From Candidatus Thermosaccharophagus tengchongensis (lineage in GTDB: Bacteria; Armatimonadota; Fervidibacteria; Fervidibacterales; Thermosaccharophagaceae): a stretch of DNA of 64,000 nucleotides. This document shows positions 29,752 to 39,595 of the stretch, one piece after another. Position 1 is the stretch's first letter. The number at the start of each line of letters is the position of its first letter. Location: the NCBI GenBank assembly GCA_032161105.1, contig JAVHTD010000009.1. One strand, given 5' to 3'. The notes under the pieces were generated by a model, which was not told the origin of the DNA, did no database searches, and saw only the letters and a program-made list of their open reading frames with translations. The translations under genes were made by a program, and so were the position numbers.

Positions 29752-29780
29752 ATCTCATCGCACACCTGTAGCAGTGTCAA
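29752..29780 (-). promoter_or_regulatory. Possible sigma70 promoter of rpmE operon
   Basis: Perfect TTGACA (29780-29775), 17-nt spacer, weak -10 TGAGAT. Confidence 0.35.
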
Positions 29781-29831
29781 GTTCATCATTATGCCGAAGC
29801 TATTAATCGCATGACAATCGCAGGCAGCGGC

Positions 29832-31367
29832 TCACTTCGGCACAGTTATTCCGACCAAATCAATGACCAATCTAACTTCGCGCCTCGCCAACCTGTAAGT
29901 TAGCCCCCATTCAATGCAGTGAGCGCGATATACTACGCCGACGCTCCAATCTCGCATCTTCCATTGCGAGGGATCGTAGCGCAGGTCATAAGTTAGCTTC
30001 CAGCGGTCGCGTGTGAGCCATACATGCCCTCTCATTCTGCACTCGGTTCGTATGTCAACATCATCAAATTCAAACGGTGTCCTGCCGGATTGAATGTGAT
30101 GCAAAACCATTATGGAGCTGTCTATGCGGCGTCCAACTCGCCCCCTCAAACCCATCAACAAGCGGGCAAGCTTAAACTCGTCATCCCTGTAAAGCGAGTA
30201 GCGCAGTAGCAAATCAAAGTTCCATCGCCAATATCCGTCGTTGCGCGGGATGTTTCTCAGACCAAGCTGAATGTTCACCCTCGGTGAGGATACGCGCTTT
30301 ACATACCTTTCGGTATACCGCCCCCAAGAGATGTCGCCGTAAAGTGAAAAGCCGCCGCGTGGAATATCGTATGCACCATTGATACCGACTTCCGGGACAG
30401 CATCCAAAAACAATCTCCTTGCAAGCTCATCTGACATTGTGTCCTTGTGTGCCATCCCCACACGCGCTTCGCCATGTCCCCACGACCTTAGAAGCGAGAT
30501 CTTGCCACGCCATGTTTCCTTTGCCGATAGCCCAATTGTGCCCGAGAGCATTAAGGGGTGTTGACTGACTGAGCCCCCAAGTTGGCGTGAGTAATTGAAC
30601 CCAGCGTAAACGCCATCTGCTGAGTTGATGTGGGCTATGAAGGGAAATTCACCACCGCCACCATCACCAATTCTCAAGCGATACCTCGGCAGCGTTGGCA
30701 AATGCAGCCCGTATATTCGCCCACTCAAGCCATCCAAAATAACTTGCCCTCCGGGAACAACCTGAATTCGTTTGGCAGTTAGCTCAAAGTGTGGATGAGC
30801 TCGGTTGCAAGTTGTGACTTTGCTATCCTCAAGGACGATGCTATCACCTAACATGCTTGCCTTGTAAGCCGCAAAGTTAAAAGCGCCATATGAAGCTTTA
30901 ACAGATGCGAGGCTTCCACGGCGGTCATTCAAGTTGTAGCTAAGGGACTCACTTACAAGCGTTAACTCGTCCCCCATCAGCAGTGTCGCTCCATCCTGAG
31001 CCACCACACAGCTGCTTTTCACATCATACTGCACCTGGTTGGCGCGCAGCAAAAATTTGTCATACTTCAGCTCCACATCGCCGACAGCGCTAATGGAACC
31101 AGATTTTGGCTCCCAGTGGATATGCCATGCGCGCAGAGTTGCTGCTTGGATAGCTGTGGTTTGGATTGTGTCCTTTAAGTCGCTGCTCATGCTGGTTGCG
31201 GGCAGGCTTGACTTAGGGGACGCTTCATTAAGCGCATCAACACTTTGCGCATCTTTAATGGGCTCTTCGGTGAGAGCCAAGCAAAAAGTTAGTGAAACTG
31301 TGGGCACCAAGAGGGTTAAAACGATAAAGTGAGCGAGTTTCATTGGATGCGTCATTGTGCCATTCAT
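29832..31367 (-). CDS. LptD/OstA-like outer-membrane assembly protein
   Basis: Signal peptide; beta-jellyroll-like N-terminal region; TTCNRAHPHFELTAKRI motif; C-terminal beta-strands, HCIEW. Confidence 0.7.
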   Translation of the reverse strand: MNGTMTHPMKLAHFIVLTLLVPTVSLTFCLALTEEPIKDAQSVDALNEASPKSSLPATSMSSDLKDTIQTTAIQAATLRAWHIHWEPKSGSISAVGDVELKYDKFLLRANQVQYDVKSSCVVAQDGATLLMGDELTLVSESLSYNLNDRRGSLASVKASYGAFNFAAYKASMLGDSIVLEDSKVTTCNRAHPHFELTAKRIQVVPGGQVILDGLSGRIYGLHLPTLPRYRLRIGDGGGGEFPFIAHINSADGVYAGFNYSRQLGGSVSQHPLMLSGTIGLSAKETWRGKISLLRSWGHGEARVGMAHKDTMSDELARRLFLDAVPEVGINGAYDIPRGGFSLYGDISWGRYTERYVKRVSSPRVNIQLGLRNIPRNDGYWRWNFDLLLRYSLYRDDEFKLARLLMGLRGRVGRRIDSSIMVLHHIQSGRTPFEFDDVDIRTECRMRGHVWLTRDRWKLTYDLRYDPSQWKMRDWSVGVVYRAHCIEWGLTYRLARREVRLVIDLVGITVPK

Positions 31368-31395
31368 TCTTTGTCAGCGGCGGTGAACCGGTGCC

Positions 31396-32784
31396 TCAAA
31401 AGCGAAGTTGCACCTGCAATCTTGCCGTCTCCTCTTGAGAGTCCCTCTGCTTGCTCTCATAATCTGTGATTTGGTAGAGGAGGCGCAACTCGGCTTGCGG
31501 TGATATCATGTAACTGACCCCTAAGACAGCCCCGGTTGAAATTGCATCAGCGTTAAATGGAGCTATCGCCCGCCGCAAACCGAAAGTGAGCGTCCATCTC
31601 TTACCCCACAGATAATCAACTTGCCCCATATGCACCCTATAAGCTCTTCCATCCTCCCCAACGCTTGAGAGCAACTGCAAGCGATACCTCGCAAGCAGCC
31701 TTTCCGATGGATGCCACGCAAAGCCAAAAGCCACACCGTGTAAAGCATCGCCTGTTCTCCACATAGATTCAAGGTCGGAAAAAGCCCCGCCCTCACCGAA
31801 GCGCGTGTAAAGCGCAAATGCGCTTAGCCTGTCACCCTTATACTGCCCGCCCACCTCCACGCTGCTGTAACGGAGCAGGTCTGATATCCTCATGCTCTTA
31901 CTCCATGCGGGCAAGCGCTGTGTATACCCGCCAAGCAACCTCCATTGTTCCCCAAACGGTATAGCGACTTGAGCGCTAAATACTCGGTCGGCAGTATATG
32001 GCGGGGTGGATTGCAAACGCCAGTTTGATATCCTCAGCGACATGGAAGGCAACACAATTGTGGTTGTCGTATCGTTCAATAACACTTTGCTCTCGCCCAA
32101 CCAGTAAGCAATCACGACATCGTGAGCCGATTCAAAGGCATCCTCAAGCCGATCCAGCGTGGAAGGCGCAAAGCCAGCCTTAGCGGTGTCCTGACGAGCG
32201 GATGACAGGGTGGCGTTGCTGTGCTGGCTTTTCTTCAGGGGCATGCTTGTGGACTCCGCAATGCTTGGTTGTTGTGTTCCCAAACGGGGCTTGCTCGGGA
32301 ATGCTTTCATCGTTGACTCAAACAAATCCACAATGTGAAGTAAATGCTTGGCATCCTCTTCCAGCGACAGAGTATTGATGTCATTGGCGAAGTAGTTGAT
32401 CAGCGCCCTCAGGAGGGCGGCAATACGCTCCACATCGCCCACTGTCATCGCCGGTAAGCTAACGGCTTCACATATCTCCTCAAGCGATGGATTAGTAAGC
32501 GATGGTTTCTTTTCCTTCACTCGTTCAAGCACCAAGCGGAGCGCATCAACTGCTGACATGATGTCCCTAACGAACTGCAGCCTGCTGAGCGGTTGCGGCT
32601 TTGCATACTCGCTAAATGGGATGCCCCAAGTGAGCTTTACACTCCCAAGCTCTTGCATCCATGTATATGGAGGCTCGCTGCGTTCCACCTCATCATACCA
32701 ACTCGTGTATCCGAATGCAATGCTCCCGCCCATGAGAATGGCGCATAGGGCGATAATTGCCTTTCCTCCACAACGCCGCTTCAT
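31396..32784 (-). CDS. Secreted protein with degenerate SLH-like N-terminus and C-terminal beta-barrel (putative outer-membrane tether/porin)
   Basis: Signal peptide; WYDEV...PYTWMQEL..LTWGIP....PQPLSRLQF; amphipathic strands ending ARLQVQLRF. Confidence 0.55.
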   Translation of the reverse strand: MKRRCGGKAIIALCAILMGGSIAFGYTSWYDEVERSEPPYTWMQELGSVKLTWGIPFSEYAKPQPLSRLQFVRDIMSAVDALRLVLERVKEKKPSLTNPSLEEICEAVSLPAMTVGDVERIAALLRALINYFANDINTLSLEEDAKHLLHIVDLFESTMKAFPSKPRLGTQQPSIAESTSMPLKKSQHSNATLSSARQDTAKAGFAPSTLDRLEDAFESAHDVVIAYWLGESKVLLNDTTTTIVLPSMSLRISNWRLQSTPPYTADRVFSAQVAIPFGEQWRLLGGYTQRLPAWSKSMRISDLLRYSSVEVGGQYKGDRLSAFALYTRFGEGGAFSDLESMWRTGDALHGVAFGFAWHPSERLLARYRLQLLSSVGEDGRAYRVHMGQVDYLWGKRWTLTFGLRRAIAPFNADAISTGAVLGVSYMISPQAELRLLYQITDYESKQRDSQEETARLQVQLRF

Positions 32785-33013
32785 CTCCTTCGCCTCCGAG
32801 GGATTGGTTGCAATTTAAGTATAGCGCATAAGCAAAATTGCTGTTGCCACAACACCGCTCCCCCAATTCACGGTTCCGTAACCGCATATGTCACCATGAA
32901 GATGTGCTGAGTCATCATCCTTAAGTGATGTCATTGCGCAGGCTTTGCAACCCCACTCAATGTGAGTGTGTCATGAGCCGACGAGAGATTTCAAACCAGC
33001 ATAATGCCTCAAG

Positions 33014-34885
33014 TTGGTGAGCGCCATGATTGCGAAAGCCGTAACGGAGTATAATGGGCAGCTTGAACATTCGTTTTGGCTCAACGGCGCTCAATCACGC
33101 ATATATGTGACTGCGCATGTGCCGGCTGAGTTGCATCTGCGCGGTGCAGTCATCCTATGCCATGCCTTCGCCGAGGAGCATAAGGCATCCTACCGAACTT
33201 TGGTGGCACTCGCAAGGGAGCTTGCAAGGGTTGGTTTTGTCACCATAAGATTTGATCATCGTGGCTACGGTGACAGCTCCGGAGAATTTGAGCGCTTCAC
33301 AGTGAGCCATTGGATTGAGGATATTAAATTGCTTGCCAAGCTTGTCAGGGAGCGTTTGCCCGATGTGCCGTTGGTCATCGGTGGGCTGCGCCTTGGGGCA
33401 ACACTCGCTGCACTTTCATCCAACGACCTCTGCGCCAACGGGTTAATACTTTGGCAGCCAATTGTGAGCGGCGAAAGGTTTGTGCAATTAAACATGGCGA
33501 GGATGAAAATTCAGCGCCAATTGATAGCTTATGAAAGTGGTGAGGCAGATAGCGCCGCCGGGATACAACTGGCGCCACATGATGTTGAGGACAGCATTGG
33601 GCAAGCCGCCGATGAAGAAATCTTCACCGACTTCAACGGTTACATAATCACCAAAAGGTTGCACGGTGAACTGTGCTCAATTGACCTCACCGAGATCAAA
33701 CTGCCGGGTGAGGCAAATTGCCTGCTGGTGCAAATCTCCGGGAGCGCGAAGCTGAGCGGTGAGTTGGCGAAGTTTGAAAAGCATCTCCATTCATCGGGGC
33801 ACCGATACAGTGTCCTCACCATACGGGAGCAACCCATCTGGAGCTTGCTCGGGTTGGTTGAAGCGAAGGAGCTCGTCAACGAGACAGTCAAGTGGGCATT
33901 GGATTCGTTTCCCGAGAGACGCAAGCTTGACTTGCACGCACAAGGGCTATTTTCGGACATGCCTGCATCCACAGATGGTGAGAGCATCATTGTGATTGGC
34001 ACTCCAAGGGGCTGGTTAAAGGGCATACTCGGCATCCCGAAGGGGCACTCTGACACCGCTGTCCTTTTCCTTCACGGATGGTCTGGCAACCGCTCCGGAC
34101 CGCATCACATGTTTGTGAAACTCGCCCGCTTGCTCACAAACGACGGGCTTGTCAACCTCCGGTTTGACTTCTACGGGCGCGGTGAGAGCAGCGGCGAGTT
34201 GTTTGATGGCACGCTGCTCACCATGATTGAGGATGCAATCTGCGCCATTGAGTGGCTCTCCGATAATCTTGGCGTAAGAAGGTGCATCACCATTGGCATA
34301 TGCTCCGGTGGCGAAGTCGCTGTCGGGTGTGCCACTCACCCGAAGGTTCATGGGTGCGTTCTTTGGTCCGCACCGATATTTGCCGGGCTTCAAGCGCGCC
34401 AAAGGGAGAGGCGAAAGCGATGGAGTTACTTCGTTGAATACCTGCGGAAGATGTTTCGCCCGACAACTTGGAGAAAGCTTTTCAGCGGGCAAGTCCAATT
34501 CGGCATAATAATGCGCGTGCTCTTCGGAAGGGTTGGAGATGCGCACAAGCCAAAGGGGAGTCCAAGCAGCACACCGTATGACGAAGCGCAGGCAAAAAGG
34601 TCTATTGATGCTGTGCCAACGGATGTGCTGAACCGAGAGAGGGCGCAGCTTGAGAGGTTGCTTGATGAATTTGAGAGGCACTACAGGAAGCCAACTCTGA
34701 TGGTCTACGGCACGGGTGACCCGGAGGCAAAGCCAGCAATAGCATGGTATGGGCGCATACTTGACAGGAGCAGGGCTCCATACACGGTTCATCTTGTGCG
34801 CGGCGCAAACCACAGCTTCTACTCCCTTGTCTGGGAACGAGAGGTGCTCAATGTCACAAGGCAGTGGCTATCCTCAAAGGCTTAA
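33014..34885 (+). CDS. Tandem alpha/beta-hydrolase fold protein (resembles exosortase-associated hydrolase 2 + hydrolase 1 fused)
   Basis: Domain 1: HAFAEE, RFDHRGYGDSSG, GLRLGA, LWQP. Domain 2: LHGW, RFDFYGRGESSG, GICSGG, GANHSF. Confidence 0.75.
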   Translation: MVSAMIAKAVTEYNGQLEHSFWLNGAQSRIYVTAHVPAELHLRGAVILCHAFAEEHKASYRTLVALARELARVGFVTIRFDHRGYGDSSGEFERFTVSHWIEDIKLLAKLVRERLPDVPLVIGGLRLGATLAALSSNDLCANGLILWQPIVSGERFVQLNMARMKIQRQLIAYESGEADSAAGIQLAPHDVEDSIGQAADEEIFTDFNGYIITKRLHGELCSIDLTEIKLPGEANCLLVQISGSAKLSGELAKFEKHLHSSGHRYSVLTIREQPIWSLLGLVEAKELVNETVKWALDSFPERRKLDLHAQGLFSDMPASTDGESIIVIGTPRGWLKGILGIPKGHSDTAVLFLHGWSGNRSGPHHMFVKLARLLTNDGLVNLRFDFYGRGESSGELFDGTLLTMIEDAICAIEWLSDNLGVRRCITIGICSGGEVAVGCATHPKVHGCVLWSAPIFAGLQARQRERRKRWSYFVEYLRKMFRPTTWRKLFSGQVQFGIIMRVLFGRVGDAHKPKGSPSSTPYDEAQAKRSIDAVPTDVLNRERAQLERLLDEFERHYRKPTLMVYGTGDPEAKPAIAWYGRILDRSRAPYTVHLVRGANHSFYSLVWEREVLNVTRQWLSSKA

Positions 34886-36080
34886 AGTTTTATTCGCCAA
34901 TCACACGGGCAAAGTTGGTGGTGCCGAAGTAAGCTTGCTGACATTGCTTGAGGTGCTTGCCTCCTCGCATGGCGATAAAGTTGAGCTTATCATTGCAGCG
35001 CCAGATGACGGTAACCTGCTTGAGCGCGCCAAAGCCATCGGCGTGCACGCAATCAGCACAGGGCGAATAAGGCGTCTTCGGCGTCCAAAGAGCGCTTCGG
35101 AGTTTATAACGGTAGCAATGGCGCTCACGCGTGGCATCGCAGATGCCATCCAAACATTGCGCATAGCATCGCCGCACATCGTCTATTGCAATAGCCTTCA
35201 GTCGGCGCTGTATTTTGCCCTCCCGGCGGCGCTTAAGCGAATGCCGATAATTTGGCACTGCCGTGATTTGCTCATGCCTCACTCAATCGCAAAGCTTGTG
35301 GGAATGCTAAGCAGTGCCGTCATTGCGATATCAAACTCGGTCGCAAAAGCCCTCTTTGAGCACGGCGTGCCGAGGGGCAAGGTCAGGGTCATTTACAATG
35401 CCGTCAATGCGGCACAGTTTGAGCACCCGTGTGAGAGTGCCGTAAGGGAATTCCGAAAGCGATGTGGTGTCCCAAATGGATGTCTGTTAGTCGGCATGGT
35501 GGCGCACATCGTCCCGTGGAAACGACACGACATCTTCGTCAGAATGGCGAGCATGATTTCAAGGCACTATCGTGATGTGCGGTTCGTCATCGTCGGCGGT
35601 GACATATTCGGTGAGCATGAGCAATGGCTAAAGCAACTGATGCAACTTAGTAGCGAACTGTCGCTCAATGACAAGTTGGCATTCGTTGGTGCGCAGACGG
35701 ACATGGCTACAGTGATGAACGCAATTGACATTCTCGTCCATCCATCACCAATGGAGCCATTTGGCAGGGCGATCATTGAGGCGATGGCTGCGGGGAAGGC
35801 TGTTATCGCTGTCAATTCGTTCGGGCCGGCGGAAGTTATTTCGGACGGTGAGAATGGGCTTTTGGTCCCGACGGCGACACCGGAAGCATTCGCGCATGCT
35901 GTGACCAGACTGATTGAGGATGAAGCGCTCAGAGAGCGCATAGGGAGAGCAGCACGCAAATTCGTCATAGAGCGCTTCTCGCCGCAGCTTCATGCCGAAG
36001 CGATTTTGCGCCTATGGTTTGAATTGCTCGGCATGAAGGCGTCGCAAGCGAACGGCAGCCGCGAACAACACCAGACATGA
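34851..36080 (+). CDS. Glycosyltransferase family 4 (GT-B)
   Basis: GGAEVSL, WHCRD, PWKRHDIF, EPFGRAIIEAMAAGKAVI; SD GAGGTG. Confidence 0.92.
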   Translation: MSQGSGYPQRLKVLFANHTGKVGGAEVSLLTLLEVLASSHGDKVELIIAAPDDGNLLERAKAIGVHAISTGRIRRLRRPKSASEFITVAMALTRGIADAIQTLRIASPHIVYCNSLQSALYFALPAALKRMPIIWHCRDLLMPHSIAKLVGMLSSAVIAISNSVAKALFEHGVPRGKVRVIYNAVNAAQFEHPCESAVREFRKRCGVPNGCLLVGMVAHIVPWKRHDIFVRMASMISRHYRDVRFVIVGGDIFGEHEQWLKQLMQLSSELSLNDKLAFVGAQTDMATVMNAIDILVHPSPMEPFGRAIIEAMAAGKAVIAVNSFGPAEVISDGENGLLVPTATPEAFAHAVTRLIEDEALRERIGRAARKFVIERFSPQLHAEAILRLWFELLGMKASQANGSREQHQT

Positions 36081-36170
36081 ACTCTTGATGACATACTGTC
36101 TCCGTGGGCATCAGTGTGCCGTTTTTGGCTGCGGGAATTAACCGCTCTCAAGTGGTTGGGGTGATGCGGT

Positions 36171-36755
36171 GTGCGCCTAAAGTTGACCAAGAGAGATGCG
36201 CTAATAATCGTTGATGTTCAGCGCGACTTTTGTCCCGGCGGAGCTTTGGCTGTCCCTAACGGCGATGCAGTTGTTGAGCCGCTAAACCGCTACATTGGTC
36301 CCTTCAAATCCAACGGGCTGCCGATAATAGCCACGCGGGATTGGCACCCGCCAAACCACATCTCATTTCGCGAGCGCGGCGGTCCGTGGCCACCACACTG
36401 TGTTCAAGGCACACCGGGTGCCGAGTTCCATCCCACTTTGGAACTGCCAGAAGATGCCATCATCATCTCAAAGGCGACCGACCCGGATAGCGAGGCTTAC
36501 TCCGGATTTGCGGGCACAGGACTTGAAACGCTCCTGAGGGAGAGGGGTATCACACGCGTGTTCGTTGGGGGGCTTGCCACGGACTATTGTGTCAAGATGA
36601 CAGTGCTTGATGCGCTCGCTTTCGGCTTCACGACATTCCTGCTTGAGGATGCCATTAGGGGCGTTGATGTTAACCCGGGTGATAGCGAACGAGCTGTTGA
36701 TGAAATGCTCTCAAACGGCGCAATCGCTATAACCATCGGTGACTTGGGGCTTTAA
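36171..36755 (+). CDS. pncA: Nicotinamidase/pyrazinamidase
   Basis: VDVQRDFCPGGAL, DWHPPNH, WPPHCVQGT, YSGF, GLATDYCV. Confidence 0.93.
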   Translation: MRLKLTKRDALIIVDVQRDFCPGGALAVPNGDAVVEPLNRYIGPFKSNGLPIIATRDWHPPNHISFRERGGPWPPHCVQGTPGAEFHPTLELPEDAIIISKATDPDSEAYSGFAGTGLETLLRERGITRVFVGGLATDYCVKMTVLDALAFGFTTFLLEDAIRGVDVNPGDSERAVDEMLSNGAIAITIGDLGL

Positions 36756-36778
36756 AGTCTCACGCCGTGCTTGGGCAC

Positions 36779-39562
36779 CTATTGCATCTTGATGAAACGC
36801 TCTCGCTTAACTTCAATCACTTTCCCTCGCCACATCAATCTTGCGTCACCAAAGCCATGGTATATTCGCACAGCCGTTGAATGCTCAAGTGGCTTTCCAT
36901 CAAGGCTTCGTATCGTGAACAGCGGCGCATCAGCATAATTTAAACCATTGAAACTCGCGGCATGAAAGGCAACGAATGTTGGCGCATCAGCTATGAAGCC
37001 GTATGGTGGGAGCACAATTTCGCCGAAGCGCTTTGACTCCAACTTATAGTTCTTGGAACCCAAGTTAACGACTATACTCACCCGCCCATCGCCGAAGGTT
37101 GATTGGCGCACCATCAAATCCGGCGTTAAGAAGCGATACGCACTCATGAGCATCTGCGCTGTAATTTCGTTGAGCGGTGAGAGCACCTCATGCGTGTTTT
37201 TCATGAAGCGGTCAAGCGGATGCATGCCTTCAGCCCAACCGTTGTCGGCACGCGCAAAAACAGCTGTGTCCATAACAGTCTCATCGGTCGGCGTGAGCGG
37301 TTCAAATTCAACCCCGTCGGCTTTGATGTGGACTCTGCCAACTATGTATCGCCTTTGCCCATCGTCAATTCCGATAAGCCTTGCACGCTCACCTTGCGGT
37401 GGTCTATACAATCCCATGCGCACATCAAATGTCCCAATCAGCCCCTCGGGTATGCGCACCGTAAGCGGACCTATAGTGACTTTTGGTGGTTGCCACTTGC
37501 TTGTTGGCGGTGCGGGATCGTGGTCGTTCTGGAACTTAATGTTCCCAGACGCGTCGGTGAAGTGGACAAAGACGCGCCAATCCTCACTCACCGGCTTTCT
37601 GACGAGCCACCGGTATGAGATGCGGAATTGCCTCTCATCAATTCGCTCAACGCCAATCACAGATGGCTGTGCCTCAACCATCAACTCGCGCCACCCCTCA
37701 CGCCAATACAACCCCGAAGGGACACTGTGATAATTCAATGGACGCCCTATGAGGATGTGATGAAGCACATATTCGGCTGCATTGAATATGTCGTAGCCAT
37801 ACTTGCCATACACTTGGATGCAGTCTCGGTAAACCATTTCAAAGATCGGCACAACGGTAGCTCCGAGCTTCTTGAGCAGGTTGGCATCGTGATAGTATGT
37901 TCCGCTCACGCCGCTTAACCCCTCAAAGAAGTCAGCCACCGGTATGCCCCATTCACGACCGCACTCAGAGCCGAAGATGCCAAAGAGCCCCCTTGCGTAT
38001 CGGCATAACTCCTGCTTCCAGAACATGTCATCGGAGCGAGTGAGCCTGTGCTCCGGGTCATAGCACTCATACAGACCAGCTGCGAATGTCGTATCAATGA
38101 AGTAGGCATTGGGGGCAAAGAGCTCTTTAACGGCTGGCAAGTTTTGCGGGCGCTTCGCGAGTTCAATTGCTTTCCTTGAGCATGTGATGTATGCGCGCCC
38201 ACCAAGCCACCTACCACCTTTAACCAGACTGCCATCGCGAGCTTTCATGATGTATCTCTCATCCCAAGAGGGAGCATCGCGATACATGTCCTGATAGTTG
38301 TCGTGCAGGCAGAACAAGTATCCGAGCCCTTTGACGCGCCTTGAGCATTCAGCCAACCCTTCATTGCCACCGCACTCAGGCGCTGCCGGCAATATGTCAG
38401 GGTGCTGATTGTCATAACCGCGATGAATCCACCCGCCGAGGATGAAGAGCACCCTCTCCATGCCCATGTCGTTTTTGAGGTGCTCAGCAATTTGCGCGGC
38501 TTGCTCAAAAGTCCAATTGACCCTCACCCACTCCTCCTGCTTGCTCTCCTCATCCATTCGCCTTGCAAGGCATGTCCAAAGCTTGAAATTGGAAGCGCCA
38601 AACAACTTGCTCCGCTCCGGATTCTCCCTCAATTTCTCGTCCCATGTGACGAGCCATCCTTTTGACTTAGCCACAGTGCGGTAGGCTTTTGCTATGTTCA
38701 CATAATCACCCTTGCCGAGTAGGCGTATGCTGAAGCGCCTCGCATCACCGGACAGCTCAAGCGTCGGGAGGAGAAGCTGTCCATATGGCTCAAGCTTGGT
38801 GTCACCGATAATGCTTCTTAGGCGCAATGTCACATATGGACTGTGCCATGTGACGAGCATTGCAGAGGCATCCTTGACAACGCCGAACATCTCCATGTGG
38901 CAACCCTCATACGAGAATGTCGTGAAGGCATGCTCAAATGAGATGCCGCTCTTGCCCGGTATGAGCATTCCGAGACGCACGGGGACGATGATATAGCCAT
39001 CATCCGCATCGCCCACGAAAAAGGAGCTGTCAAGCAGGCGCACGCTGCGAACCTGTGTGCCATCAGCCTCATATGAGACTTCAAGTTCCTCACCCTTTAA
39101 TTCAAGCCGAATGACAACGGATGGTTCCCCATCGCTGGGCAGATAGCGCAGCTCAATTGCATTTGCGCTGATGAGGCGCGAGGCAAACTTGTTTAACTCC
39201 ACCCTTTTGTCCGTGCCCCCGATTGCAAATGTGGCTTCACCAAAGCGCGCCACATAAGGGTTACTAAACCACCTTACGCCGCTGCGCTTATCCACAACCT
39301 CATACGCCCCGGTGCGCCCGCAAATTCGCAGAGAAGCAAACTCAGATTGGAGCTCAATCGGCTCAACGATGCGCTTTGAGAGCACTTCCTGAGTGAGCCT
39401 CACCTGCCCTTCAAAGCTCATTGCCATCCCTCCCGTTACTCGTAACCACAGCAACACAGCACAAGGCAAAATCAATGCCAACAGTGTTTTCCATCGCAGC
39501 CAAGATGCAGCTTCGTGCTGCATAGTCAAGCACCCCATCTTGCCAGCAATTTGCGCCTCCAT
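36779..39562 (-). CDS. Secreted DUF5696 / GH101-GH129-like glycoside hydrolase
   Basis: GGWIHRGYDNQHPD..PA...CGG, LHDNYQDMY, YFIDTT, FGSECG, VPIFEMVY; N-terminal hydrophobic segment. Confidence 0.65.
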   Translation of the reverse strand: MEAQIAGKMGCLTMQHEAASWLRWKTLLALILPCAVLLWLRVTGGMAMSFEGQVRLTQEVLSKRIVEPIELQSEFASLRICGRTGAYEVVDKRSGVRWFSNPYVARFGEATFAIGGTDKRVELNKFASRLISANAIELRYLPSDGEPSVVIRLELKGEELEVSYEADGTQVRSVRLLDSSFFVGDADDGYIIVPVRLGMLIPGKSGISFEHAFTTFSYEGCHMEMFGVVKDASAMLVTWHSPYVTLRLRSIIGDTKLEPYGQLLLPTLELSGDARRFSIRLLGKGDYVNIAKAYRTVAKSKGWLVTWDEKLRENPERSKLFGASNFKLWTCLARRMDEESKQEEWVRVNWTFEQAAQIAEHLKNDMGMERVLFILGGWIHRGYDNQHPDILPAAPECGGNEGLAECSRRVKGLGYLFCLHDNYQDMYRDAPSWDERYIMKARDGSLVKGGRWLGGRAYITCSRKAIELAKRPQNLPAVKELFAPNAYFIDTTFAAGLYECYDPEHRLTRSDDMFWKQELCRYARGLFGIFGSECGREWGIPVADFFEGLSGVSGTYYHDANLLKKLGATVVPIFEMVYRDCIQVYGKYGYDIFNAAEYVLHHILIGRPLNYHSVPSGLYWREGWRELMVEAQPSVIGVERIDERQFRISYRWLVRKPVSEDWRVFVHFTDASGNIKFQNDHDPAPPTSKWQPPKVTIGPLTVRIPEGLIGTFDVRMGLYRPPQGERARLIGIDDGQRRYIVGRVHIKADGVEFEPLTPTDETVMDTAVFARADNGWAEGMHPLDRFMKNTHEVLSPLNEITAQMLMSAYRFLTPDLMVRQSTFGDGRVSIVVNLGSKNYKLESKRFGEIVLPPYGFIADAPTFVAFHAASFNGLNYADAPLFTIRSLDGKPLEHSTAVRIYHGFGDARLMWRGKVIEVKRERFIKMQ

Positions 39563-39595
39563 AATCCGTCACGCTGTTCGCCAACGCTCTCACCG

